Source of the DNA: a virus
DNA length: 64,000 nt
Virus record (IMG/VR): IMGVR_UViG_3300024259_000012
Strand: one strand, 5' to 3'
A model generated the notes under the pieces. That model did no database searches and was not told the origin of the DNA. It saw only the letters and a program-made list of their open reading frames with translations. The position numbers and the translations under genes are program-made. Positions 52,579 through 62,330 of this stretch are shown in pieces. The stretch's first letter is position 1; every line of letters starts with the position of its first letter.

Positions 52579-52618
52579 AGGTTGTTCCTAACATATATAA
52601 ATATCAGTTTTCCAAATT

Positions 52619-52840
52619 TTACTTAGCCCAAGATGGTTTGGTATGTGGGGAATCTTTTTTGGTTGCATCATCGTTCCGCTTTTGCTCCTCAGCATGAGTT
52701 TTCTGAATCTGCTTTAAATAGAAACGACGGAGCCACACAGGCATAGAATATACCTCTGAATGTGTGAATCCGCCCTTTCCGTAGTAACACAAGTTGTAAA
52801 TCTCCTCGTGTACAATTACCTTATACTCTGGTGGAAGGCC
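52619..52840 (-). CDS. gp51-like/tail chaperone second frame (73 codons), probably reached by frameshift
   Basis: GLPPEYKVIVHEEIYNLCYYGKGGFTHSEVYSMPVWLRRFYL... starts right after a T7 run. Confidence 0.7.
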   Translation of the reverse strand, partial: GLPPEYKVIVHEEIYNLCYYGKGGFTHSEVYSMPVWLRRFYLKQIQKTHAEEQKRNDDATKKDSPHTKPSWAK

Positions 52841-53591
52841 AAAAAAATCGTACCGTCATTGGGACGGCAACCTCCTCTTCGTATGCACATAATGAACATT
52901 CGAAGTTATAGCTCATGTCTATATCCGGAGTGATTGATTTTAAATATTCTCGGAGTGCTAATGAATCCACGGCAAGAAAAGTTGTATCTACAAATTTGTT
53001 GATAACTGCCCGCTCGGTCTTACCGTCAACCTCAATCAATACCTTCTTCAAGCGAGTTGTGACTTCCTTCTCTGCCTGTCCCTTAGAAAGCTTTTTCAAC
53101 GCTTTCAATTCAGCATCAATATCTCGCTCATCCGATTGAGTGAGCAATTTGAATTTGATTGGTATTTTTGAATTTGGGAGTGTCCACGAATACTCATTTA
53201 CTCCCTTTTCAAGACCATCAAAATTGATTTTCTTTTCTTCCAATGTGGTTAAATCCACAGTGTCCTTATTATGCTCTGCACATGCAGGGCAGTCTAACTC
53301 AAAGTCATAAGCTTTGCCATATCCTAATACACGGGCCGCTACCATCAATGCATTTTTGTCACCAATCAGCATTGAATCCAAATTAATGGATTTGTCAACA
53401 ACAAGAGACTTTAATAACTTGTCGATAACCACCCCCCTCCGTATTAAATTTTGTGAGGTTAATATATCTTCGTGAGATGCATTCATATACATCATTTCTA
53501 CTTCACCCGATGCCAATGGATTGTCTTCTGGGTAGAAGAATCCTTTGGATGGAAGTGAGATTATCTCGCTTGGGTATTTAGTTTCTGCCAT
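52821..53591 (-). CDS. Baseplate hub/tail assembly chaperone (T4 gp26-like)
   Basis: LPSKG.FYP, EDILT, CPAC, CSLC, ends RFFWP; between tube and tape measure genes. Confidence 0.75.
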   Translation of the reverse strand: MAETKYPSEIISLPSKGFFYPEDNPLASGEVEMMYMNASHEDILTSQNLIRRGVVIDKLLKSLVVDKSINLDSMLIGDKNALMVAARVLGYGKAYDFELDCPACAEHNKDTVDLTTLEEKKINFDGLEKGVNEYSWTLPNSKIPIKFKLLTQSDERDIDAELKALKKLSKGQAEKEVTTRLKKVLIEVDGKTERAVINKFVDTTFLAVDSLALREYLKSITPDIDMSYNFECSLCAYEEEVAVPMTVRFFWPSTRV

Positions 53592-54282
53592 GGTATAACT
53601 CCTTTACCGTTTGTTTTAATTTATTGTAATCAAACGAATCCTGCTCAACCCTCAGAAACGTACACTGTAGGTGTTCAGTTATTTCGTTTTGTCTCATTGC
53701 ATCTTTTTCTTTTTGATAGCTGTGATACGCTTCATCTCATTCTATTACCAAATTTAATTCTGGTACATAAAAATCAACCCAATATCCCAACTGTTTAATA
53801 TAAAACTCGCCGCCATTTTCGGCATGTTGTCCATTTAATGATAATTCTGAATTGAGCCTGTCAAAGGCAATGCACGATGTTTCATTATAGTTCGGAAAAT
53901 TTTGCCCATATTTTCGCTGAATGTTATTGATTTGCGCTAATCTCAATTTGCGCTTGTGCTCATCTGATTTAGGGATTCCTTTGAATCTGGCACTTGTTTC
54001 CTGCTTGTCCTTGGCCGACATTTTCCTACCGAATCCTGGGTGGTCTTTTCCAAATTTTCCATATAATCCGCTCTTTTCACCGACATTTGTACCGATACTA
54101 TTTTTACTCATAAGAGCTAAAGTTTCTTTTGTGTGGGTTTTACCATACATCGGATTCCGGTTACCAGATATTGCGCACGGTCTACATGCCGTATTTTTTG
54201 CTATGGCACGAGCCAACAAATATTTATTAGAATACGATAGCTGAATATTACAATTTGGACAGTTCCGAGAAAACTTACTCAT
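53578..54282 (-). CDS. Free-standing homing-endonuclease-like protein, 1 in-frame TGA
   Basis: CPNC..CRPC, NPMYGKTHTKET (NUMOD3-like), HAENGGEF, YWVDFY, VIE*DEAYH TGA at 53737. Confidence 0.78.
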
Positions 54283-54433
54283 TATCTTCTATCCAAGATT
54301 TCAATAACGATTCCACCAACATTGATTTGTTGATACATTTCTTCCCTGCCAATTCCTTAAATTCCTCAAGAATCTTGTCGTTTATAGACACGGATAATAA
54401 TTTTTTGTTTTTTGTAATATGTGTTGCCACCAC
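54275..54433 (-). CDS. Ribbon-helix-helix-like DNA-binding protein (52 aa)
   Basis: LLSVSINDKILEEFKELA...INKSMLVESLLKSWI; AAGGAG SD before GTG. Confidence 0.6.
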   Translation of the reverse strand: MVATHITKNKKLLSVSINDKILEEFKELAGKKCINKSMLVESLLKSWIEDNE

Positions 54434-54499
54434 TTTCTCCTTATATTTCTACATATAAATATAAGAAAGTTTTATTTTCGTAACTTATTTGTTAAAACT

Positions 54500-54832
54500 T
54501 TATTTTGGCATGTTTCCGCTGATACCCTTTGACCAGTTACCATTTCACTTTTCATTGGGGTAATTTTTGATACAATATTTTCAAATTTGGGATGAAAGCT
54601 TGTCAAGTTGAGTTGACATTTTTTGCAAATCTTTATCTCCGTTGGGGTGACTCTTGGATATGTTGGGGACATTCAACATCTTCGAGACATTTCTAATAGC
54701 CTCAGCACCATCAGACATATGATACATAGCGTTCTTTAGCTCTCCGCTGTGTAAAATATCACCAAGGGATTCTATCTCGTATTCCTTCAACAATTCTTCC
54801 TTAATCATTTGTCGCAGTTCGGATTTTTTCAT
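54500..54832 (-). CDS. MKKSEL-leader protein, 2 in-frame TGA
   Basis: MKKSELRQMIKEELLKE...; TGA at 54581 and 54545; TAA at 54500. Confidence 0.65.
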
Positions 54833-55022
54833 TATGCTCCCTTTGTTGCTTAAAAGCGGCGGCACCATGTTCTATACCATTACCGGCTACATACAAACCC
54901 CACACGACTTGAGTGAAATCTGCTCATTGGTCAAAGGTTGCTAAATCTGTAAGGAACAATATCGCTGTTGCTGTTGCAAATAATACGGATGCTCCTGTTA
55001 ATTTTCGTTGCTGTACGTTCAT
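54801..55022 (-). CDS. Putative holin (two hydrophobic segments), 1 in-frame TGA
   Basis: Not in track. MNVQQRKLTGASVLFATATAILFLTDLATFDQ*ADFTQVVWGLYVAGNGIEH; TGA at 54924-54926; AAGGAG SD. Confidence 0.6.
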
Positions 55023-55025
55023 TAT

Positions 55026-55262
55026 TTACTCCTTAACATATTTCTTAACTTTTCCCCGTGGAATCAATACAAAATATCCACCGTCGCCAAAATCACTAAG
55101 GAACATATATCCATTAGTAGTGTAATCCTTACCCAAATATTTCGCATCTTGGTGCCACTCACCGTTAGTGGCATTGTATACTTCATACTCCTGACCCTGT
55201 TTGAACGTCGCTTCATTCAAAAGCTCTTCTTTAATCATTTGACGCAGTTCGGATTTTTTCAT
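55026..55262 (-). CDS. MKKSEL-leader protein
   Basis: MKKSELRQMIKEELLNE... Confidence 0.65.
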   Translation of the reverse strand: MKKSELRQMIKEELLNEATFKQGQEYEVYNATNGEWHQDAKYLGKDYTTNGYMFLSDFGDGGYFVLIPRGKVKKYVKE

Positions 55263-55276
55263 TTACTGTCTCCCGA

Positions 55277-55765
55277 TTAGAATTGAAGTATCCAGTAGTC
55301 AGCACGAAGTGTCAAAGAAACCTCTGCAGGTTCGCTTGATGACCAATCTAAATCTGAAAAGTTTGCTTCCTGAATCCAACATCCTTTACCTGTCCATTCT
55401 TCAACTTTGTCTCCAACTGGACCCAGAACATCAATTGTGACATCCTTCTTATAAAAATCAGAGTAGCCATCTCGGCCTGTTACTGATTCGTGTGATAGAC
55501 GAACCCATTCCATGACAGCCTGTGCGGCAGAAGGAACAACTGGTGCATACAATGTGATTTCAATCGTACCCCATTCTCCTTTACCTTTCACATATCGCTT
55601 GACATTCATGTGTTCTAATGTTATCTCTTCAAATGTAATAGTTGGTCTATTAGCAGTCTTGATTAGATATGCTGGTAATCCCTCAACATACATGATGAAA
55701 CGGTTTGCTACCTGTGGCTCAAACGGCGTAAACATTATTTCTGAAGGGTCAATTAAATCTGCCAT
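55277..55765 (-). CDS. Tail tube protein (gp19-like)
   Basis: MADL...FEPQVANRF, KGKGEW, AVMEW, TGRDGYSDFYKKD, GPVGDKVEEW. Confidence 0.88.
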   Translation of the reverse strand: MADLIDPSEIMFTPFEPQVANRFIMYVEGLPAYLIKTANRPTITFEEITLEHMNVKRYVKGKGEWGTIEITLYAPVVPSAAQAVMEWVRLSHESVTGRDGYSDFYKKDVTIDVLGPVGDKVEEWTGKGCWIQEANFSDLDWSSSEPAEVSLTLRADYWILQF

Positions 55766-55883
55766 GTATTTTCTCCTAAAAAAGTTTGTGTATTCATATT
55801 CATATATAAATATCAAAAACTTAAAAAATATGACAGACTGTATTAATTTCGTCTTAGAAGTTTTTTAGAAGTTTTATAAAAAC

Positions 55884-55906
55884 AAAAAACCCCACCGAAG
55901 TGGGGT
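55884..55906 (-). terminator. Intrinsic terminator
   Basis: Minus strand ACCCCAC-TTCG-GTGGGGT followed by a T-run. Confidence 0.8.
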
Positions 55907-55932
55907 CTTGGCTGTAACGAGAAGGAAAAGCT

Positions 55933-56328
55933 TTAATAATTGTAGTCGTAGAATTCTTGCGCTTTGCCAATTGAAACTTTAGTATCTCCGGCGGCGTAGT
56001 ATCGACCATCAACACGGAGCCAAGCCTTTATAGTGGGATTGGCAGGGTTTGATTTAAGTTCCCACTCTTGAGTGTGATTGTCAAAATGTGCCGCAAATCC
56101 ACCGACGCCAATCAATTCAGCATTCTTAGTTCGTTCAGCGTCCATCTGACGAATGGTGATTGATTTGCGAGACTTGGAGACACCGATTACCTCAAAGGCA
56201 TGAGAGTCTGAGTAGTAACATCGAGTTGCCCCGACGAACTCCCCACGCTCAACCTTTTCAAAAAGCGGTTCCAATTTAGTAAGTGCTTTTGGCTGTCGGC
56301 TGTCTGAATATTTGTCATAGATGCTCAT
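55933..56328 (-). CDS. Hypothetical protein (early-type island)
   Basis: Likely start MSIYDKY after GAGGT SD; GAT..YYSD.HAFEVI. Confidence 0.65.
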   Translation of the reverse strand: MSIYDKYSDSRQPKALTKLEPLFEKVERGEFVGATRCYYSDSHAFEVIGVSKSRKSITIRQMDAERTKNAELIGVGGFAAHFDNHTQEWELKSNPANPTIKAWLRVDGRYYAAGDTKVSIGKAQEFYDYNY

Positions 56329-56341
56329 ATTAATTACCTCT

Positions 56342-56659
56342 TTATAAGTAGTTTGGGCCGGTCCAAGCAAACCAATTTTGCGACTCAGCATAGATGGAAC
56401 CACGAACGTGTTTGGCCGGTGCTCGATATGAAGCGGCCTTGAAAACATCACCCTCTTTATAAGGGAGTCCTTTAAATTCACCATCGGCCTTGGCAATGAA
56501 GCCCCAAACTGAACGGTCAGAAATCAGCTTATCAAATTTACGACCAGCGGATACTGTAATTTCCTGTGGCTCTTGATATGTAAATCCTGCGGTGAAGCGT
56601 GAATAATCCACTCGAATTCCCTCTATCAATCGCTCTATTGCTTCCTCATACTTTGACAT
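56342..56659 (-). CDS. Phage hypothetical protein (early-type island)
   Basis: GRKFDKL...SVWGFI...GDVFKAASYRAPAKHVRGSI. Confidence 0.7.
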   Translation of the reverse strand: MSKYEEAIERLIEGIRVDYSRFTAGFTYQEPQEITVSAGRKFDKLISDRSVWGFIAKADGEFKGLPYKEGDVFKAASYRAPAKHVRGSIYAESQNWFAWTGPNYL

Positions 56660-56885
56660 TTTTAAATCCTTTATTTTAGTTAGCTTTCTCATTACGTTAG
56701 TAAGTTAATACCACACAATGAGAAAGCAAGGACTTTTTAATTAATAATGAAATGCTCTGTGCTCAGCAAGACGTAAATGTTGTATTGCCATATATATCCG
56801 AGCATAATTTTGTCTTAATTCCATTTTCAAACTTGGGAATTTTTCCCTCACCAACTCATATAATTCCATTAAATCAATGTTCATT

Positions 56886-57083
56886 TTACTCCTCCGAAAC
56901 GGTTATTGGCTCCACCCAAAATTTTGGTTTTGAATTGCGGTCGGCGGATACTATCCGTGCCTGTCGCTCAAGAGTATCCTTCCGTGAATTTGCAATGTCT
57001 CTTGTAGCGTAAGATGTTCCAGTTGAATAGGTGTCCTTGTCACCTTTCGTGTTCTGTCTTAGGATGATAAATACTTTTCTCAT
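56886..57083 (-). CDS. Small hypothetical protein
   Basis: AAGGA SD; sigma70-like promoter upstream. Confidence 0.5.
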   Translation of the reverse strand: MRKVFIILRQNTKGDKDTYSTGTSYATRDIANSRKDTLERQARIVSADRNSKPKFWVEPITVSEE

Positions 57084-57112
57084 GGGATTCCTTTCAATTT
57101 TTGGTTGAAATC

Positions 57113-57141
57113 AACTTACAAAAAAATTCATCCGAAGTCAA
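57113..57141 (-). promoter_or_regulatory. Sigma70-like promoter TTGACT-17-TAAGTT
   Basis: Hexamer match and spacing. Confidence 0.5.
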
Positions 57142-57180
57142 GAGCTCTCTGCTATATGTAATGAATTTTTACCCTTGTCA

Positions 57181-57615
57181 TCAATCAACCCTCTTTGCAC
57201 ATTCGGGTCCAATACCTGAAATGATTGATTCTGGCACGGTTAATTTCCGCCCACATCTACCGCATGTACCTGAATGAAATATTGCTATCAGGGATGACAA
57301 CCGCTGAGTAATGAGTTTGCTAAAAATGTATTGAAATACTTTTTCTGACTGTGCGGATGCCGCTATTTTGCTCTTTTTACCATGATAGTAATCTTTTGAA
57401 TTGAAAATTGTTCCCAAATATTGATATGAATCGGTGCCGGACATTACTGACACAAAATGAACAGTCGCATCCTTTTCCTTGGGTTTGCGGACTTTGAATG
57501 TAAACCTGTTTCTGGATTCAGTATTTTTAACGGTGAAGGTTGAATTTCCCGCTAAAATATACTTTAGTGCATCGGTTTGGGTTAGTGCGGTCATATTGTT
57601 GGTCTCCTCTTCCAT
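57181..57615 (-). CDS. Hypothetical protein with DUF6011-like C-terminal zinc finger
   Basis: CGRCGRKLTVPESIISGIGPECA; followed by tandem TGA TGA. Confidence 0.7.
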   Translation of the reverse strand: MEEETNNMTALTQTDALKYILAGNSTFTVKNTESRNRFTFKVRKPKEKDATVHFVSVMSGTDSYQYLGTIFNSKDYYHGKKSKIAASAQSEKVFQYIFSKLITQRLSSLIAIFHSGTCGRCGRKLTVPESIISGIGPECAKRVD

Positions 57616-57620
57616 GTCAC

Positions 57621-57649
57621 AATATAAGACTACACATATCCCAGTGCAA
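57621..57649 (-). promoter_or_regulatory. Sigma70-like promoter TTGCAC-17-TATATT
   Basis: Hexamer match and spacing, just downstream of the sheath terminator. Confidence 0.6.
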
Positions 57650-57656
57650 GCATAAA

Positions 57657-57687
57657 AATAAAAAAGCCCCGAAAAAATCGAGGCTTT
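57657..57687 (-). terminator. Intrinsic terminator after tail sheath
   Basis: Minus strand AAAGCCTCG...CGGGGCTTT followed by a T-rich tract. Confidence 0.7.
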
Positions 57688-57709
57688 AGGTTTATATTAG
57701 GTTGTATTG

Positions 57710-60058
57710 TTATGCTGAGAAAGTAGCTCCTGTTGGCATGACTGTGAAATCAAGCACTATGAATTCCGCTGTGCGGGTAGGCTGAATCCAAATCTGACCA
57801 ATAAGCTTGTTACGGTCAATTACCTCTGGGGTATTGTTACTCTCGTCCATGATAACTCGGAAAGCGGTCAAACCACTATTCTGTTGCACTGACTCAAGAT
57901 ATGGATTAACCATATTCAAGAAGCGTGTACGTGTCACAGAATCGTTGCCTTCAAATACCAAGTAACGACTTGAAGATGCAATGTATTTCTTCAACTTAAT
58001 TAAAAGTCTACGAACATTGATTCTATCAAGAGCCGATGGCAATGATTGAAGTGTCTTCTGACCCCAAGCTACTGTTCCTTGACCTGGGAAGGTTGCGATT
58101 GGATTTACACGGTTCTCGTATAAGTCGTCACGTTCTTCATGTGTCAAGCGTGTCTTAGGTTCAAGCACGGTTGTAAGACCTCCACGATTCAAGCCTGCGG
58201 GTGCAAACCATTCGTGAGAAACCTTATCGGTGTATGCAATAACACCACCCATTACAACTGAAGGTGGAACCCAGAGTGGCAATGCTGTGTTTCTATCCAC
58301 AATCTTAACCCATGGATAGTATGTTCCTGCATAGTTAGTGTCCAATGATGCGATATTATTTGTTGCGGTTGAAACACTATCGTCAATATCCGATGAATCC
58401 ATTGGATAGAATGTGTCTCCACGAGCCTCAATTTTCGTAATAGCATGATTGGTTACCGAGCTATGGAATTTGTGAAGTACCCCAGGAATCAACATCAAAT
58501 TGATATCAAATTCGTCTGGATTACTTACGGCATTAATAGCACGTTTGTATGCCACTGAACCACTTGAAAGTGAGTTTGCACAATCAAATCCTTGAGTGTT
58601 AGTTGTTGCGATATTCGCACCAGTCAATTTTGGATTTGCGGGATTGTCTCCGTCAAAACCACCTTGAAGTGGTACTGAGAATTTACGCTGTTTGATATGC
58701 GAGTTAGCTAATGTGACTGCCTGTGAAGCGGATGCATATGGTGTACCCAAGGTACTTGCATCAGCCGTTCCGGTCATATCTTCTAAACTCATTGATACGT
58801 TACTACCGGTTCCTGCCGACGTTGGAATTGCTCCCAAATATTGCCTGTTATCAGCATTGGTAAAATCATAGCCAAAGTAGTAGTTTGAATTGAACGAACT
58901 ATTATTGTCTGTCTGTGATGTCACAAATGATGCTGAAGGTACAGCGGTTGTCGTTGGGGCAGTGTTGCTAATTGCCGCAAATCCCATTGGTGAAACGATT
59001 TTAGGAATACTTGCGTCCGCAATGTCGCCAAAATCACTAACATAAATATGATTTGACAGGTTAGGCCAATCACCATTATACGTGAGGTTTCCGTTGGAAT
59101 CTGTTGTTACATATCTGTCACCGATGACACGTGCAAAATAATTTACACTTGTTGGGTCAAAGGTAAGACTATCCCACGATTCAACAATTACTTCATCTGA
59201 TTGCTTCCATGAGTTAGGTTTTAACTTACGAACCTGCAATGTAAATGAACCATAATCTGTACCAGTTATTGTTCCAGCGGCCTTTACATCAGAAATAACA
59301 ACATTATATTTGTCATTGATGTCAGTACCATGTGAGCGAGTTTTAACCTTGAACAGGTTATACCTTGCACCATTGATTAACTGTGATTGAATGTATGGGG
59401 TATATGCGTTTGAATAATCTATTCCGGAGAAATCCAATGATGCGGATGCGATAGACGCACTTGCATATTGGTCCAGTCCAGTTGAAGATTGAAATGTTTT
59501 ATAGTTCTTATACAGGTAGACTTCTACTGTATTCAATCCTGATTTTTGAACTTGTGGACTATCACTAAATACGTTGGTAATATAGTTTGCACTACCTGTA
59601 TTGAATGAAATTGTGTATGCCCGTGATGTTGCACCGGCTACGGTTAGTGCGGCGGATGCCCAGCCACCTGTAATGCTACTACCTGTCAATGTTGCGGTTC
59701 CGTCGCTTCCACCTCGTGATGGTGCAAGAACTGCGGCTGTTTCCAAACCACGAGAGCTTGAAAGTTGAAGTGCCATATAGTCACTTGAGTAACCACCAAT
59801 TCCAAGAACCCTAACTACTGTTACTGTTCCTGCGCTTTGCAAATATTGCTCAACTGCATATGGTGTATAAAAGCGTGAATCCGTACTCCCGAACATATCT
59901 TCAAATTCAGGTCAAGACCTGATAATGGTTGGAACAAACGCTGGACCTTTAATGGTCGGCCCGATGATTGCGGCTCCAATCTCTGAAATACCTTGGGGAA
60001 GGAAAGACGCATCAGTTTCAGATGTAAAGACACCTGGTGAGACGATTCGTTCTGCCAT
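57710..60058 (-). CDS. Contractile tail sheath protein (gp18-like), 1 in-frame TGA
   Basis: MAERIVSPGVFTSETD...KGPAFVPTIIRS*PEFEDMFG (TGA at 59912-59914); YYPWV, WFAPAGLNRG, WGQKTL, DRINVRRL, PTRTAEFI. Confidence 0.95.
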
Positions 60059-60085
60059 TTAATTTCTCCTTGTGTTAATTTCTTG

Positions 60086-60093
60086 TATAAATA
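60086..60093 (-). promoter_or_regulatory. TATTTATA motif (representative copy), putative phage late promoter element
   Basis: Same octamer upstream of minus-strand genes at 14133, 17315, 22761, 30219, 52596, 54454, 55805, 60523. Confidence 0.6.
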
Positions 60094-60126
60094 GAATACT
60101 TTCTTCTACTATAATAAATATAAAGC

Positions 60127-60160
60127 AAAAATGCCAAAACATATTATTTTGGCATTTTTT
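60127..60160. terminator. Inverted repeat, possible bidirectional terminator
   Basis: aaaaatgccaaaa...ttttggcattttt. Confidence 0.55.
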
Positions 60161-60196
60161 TTCAGTTTTACGTGATTTTTTTTAGGTTTGTGCTAA

Positions 60197-60493
60197 TTAC
60201 TCCGCTTTTGGAGCCTCTGGGGATGGTGTAAACTCTCCGGTCTCCGGATTCAGCGTACCAGGGCCATATTGGTCGGTTAGCTCTTTAACCAAAGTTTGCT
60301 CGGTCTGAGTGTTCTCAACATACAGTGCTTCAAGTTCAGCTTCACGGGCTTCGATTGCATCGCTCTCACGAGTCAACACTAAGCTTCGCACGGTAAGTGC
60401 TCCAAATTCTGCTTGAATCTGTTGGTATGTTTGATTAAGAGTTTTAAGTGATTCCATCTGTTCATCTGTAAATTTAATTGCATTATCGGCCAT
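60197..60493 (-). CDS. Small coiled-coil phage protein
   Basis: YGPGTLNPETGEFTP C-terminus; AGGAG SD. Confidence 0.7.
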   Translation of the reverse strand: MADNAIKFTDEQMESLKTLNQTYQQIQAEFGALTVRSLVLTRESDAIEAREAELEALYVENTQTEQTLVKELTDQYGPGTLNPETGEFTPSPEAPKAE

Positions 60494-60540
60494 AACATTT
60501 CTCCTTTATTGTTGTTATTTAATATAAATAGTATAAACTT

Positions 60541-61335
60541 TTATTTTATGATTGTTTTTTCTCCAAATGACATAATTGTTTTTGTAGGTGAAAAAACCCT
60601 TTGTGTTGTTATCTGTTCGTTGAATGACTCGGGTAATAAGTACCCTGAAATGGTCAACGAGAATGTAGTTTTATTTATACGCTCGCCGTCGCCCACTTCC
60701 GTGCTATCATCAAAGCTTGAAATTTCTGAGCGGAATTTGAACCGTCCTGGCTCGCCTCAATATGCCCCACTTGAATAATTAATTTTTTCGGTGAGTTTGT
60801 TCATCTGCTCAATGTAGGTCGCCCACATAATGCAATCGTATTCGACGGTCACATATTTTGGGACGGCGACTTTATAAAATTCTCGGGACGCCTGCTCACC
60901 TTGAAGCAATGGAAGTTGGTTGTATCTGTTCTTATCGGAATATCTCTGCTCGAACACGTAATGAAGTTTGGGGTCATTTGCATCCAATGCGTTCATAGAC
61001 ATTGCATCATCGTTAGCTGTGGTTGTGCGCCTGAATGTGATTGCCGGTAAAATTATTTGACGTTTATTGTCTCGAATGTATCCATCAATCTGTGCAGATT
61101 TCCAACGCTCGGGGTTGGAATATAAAACCGGCACCTGAACCATCTCTCCGTTATCAACAACTGAAGGTTTGATGACCTCCGCAAAATAATACATCACAGC
61201 AGAATCTATATCCATCAGTCCGACGGATACGTTATTCGTTGTATCATCTCTGCGTGATACCTGTTCTGCCCGATTAACTACACGACCGGTTGTGTGTCGT
61301 TCGTCTACTGGGAGTGGTTTACTGCGTGATGCCAT
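60541..61335 (-). CDS. Tail completion/sheath stabilizer-like protein (gp15-like), 1 in-frame TGA
   Basis: VPVLYSNPERW, LPAITFRR, EQMNKLTE, GAY*GEPGRFKF (TGA at 60757), GYLLP; TAA at 60541. Confidence 0.75.
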
Positions 61336-61340
61336 TTAGG

Positions 61341-61676
61341 TTAGTCTTTCATCAATTCAGATTTCTTTTTCTTTTCCATTGCCTTGATAAGCTTAGCAAC
61401 GATTTTACCATTAGCGTCATCATATATTTCATGAGACCTACCCACCTGTCCAGTAAACTCTTTTCCACCACGGGCGAATTGAACATTGCCGTCTGGGGTC
61501 TCTAAATAAAACTCGCCAAATCCCATGTGTTTCAATTCTGAGTTTGGTAGGGCACCTTGACTAAATTGTACGAACCCAGTATCGCCGTACCACTTCTTTC
61601 CATATTTATAGTGATGGCCTCCCGATTCCTTCAATATTTCTTCTCTAATCATTTGTCTTAATTCTGATTTTTTCAT
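61341..61676 (-). CDS. MKKSEL-leader protein
   Basis: MKKSELRQMIREEILKE... Confidence 0.65.
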   Translation of the reverse strand: MKKSELRQMIREEILKESGGHHYKYGKKWYGDTGFVQFSQGALPNSELKHMGFGEFYLETPDGNVQFARGGKEFTGQVGRSHEIYDDANGKIVAKLIKAMEKKKKSELMKD

Positions 61677-61691
61677 TATTTTTCTCCACAA

Positions 61692-62330
61692 TTATTTATT
61701 GAAATGTTGGATAGCAAACGCTAAATCAGTTGCTGTTTCCTTCATTCGCTTTGGTGTAGGCTCTACTTTATAATCGGTGTAATTCACGATTATGTCATCC
61801 CTACCAGCTTTAAGCTTAAATTTTTTCATTAATGCACTTACATCTTTTTGAATTTTTTTCTCAAATGCCGCGGTGATTTTGGTTGAATTTTCAATATCGC
61901 CAGTATGTTTCTTATCAAGCTCTTTGAAAATTTTTACCAATACATCAATATAATATTGTTTGTCATTTTCAGATAATACTTGAATTTCTTCCCTAATCAT
62001 CTGCCTTAATTCTGATTTTTTCATTTGTGTCGATTCCTTTTTCATATTGCGCTTTAGGATAACCGTCCATTTCTTTATTACATCTGGTTTATCAAACTGA
62101 CCATCCCTGTAATCATGGTAAACTTGTGCCAACTCACCTGCAAGAAATTCATGAAATCCAAGTTCAGCTCTAAGAGCATTTTTTACTTTATTCCAATCCG
62201 TTACCTTTTTGGTGTTATATTTAGTTTTAGTTTTATCCAAAGTATTAACAATTCAAGTTAATTCTGATTTTGTTAATGGTTTAACTTTGACCTTCTCACT
62301 CAAAATCGTAAGTAATTCTGATTTTTTCAT
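61692..62330 (-). CDS. Protein with N-terminal and internal MKKSEL motifs, 1 in-frame TGA
   Basis: [10 protein letters not shown]...KSELT*IVNTL (TGA at 62253); internal MKKSELRQMIREE at 62024. Confidence 0.65.

Noticed and set aside
54472-54672. 66 aa minus-strand ORF (also 59821..60033, 58252..58446, 49733..50008, 47257..47601)
   Set aside because: Alternative-frame overlaps of genes that are complete once TGA is read as Trp
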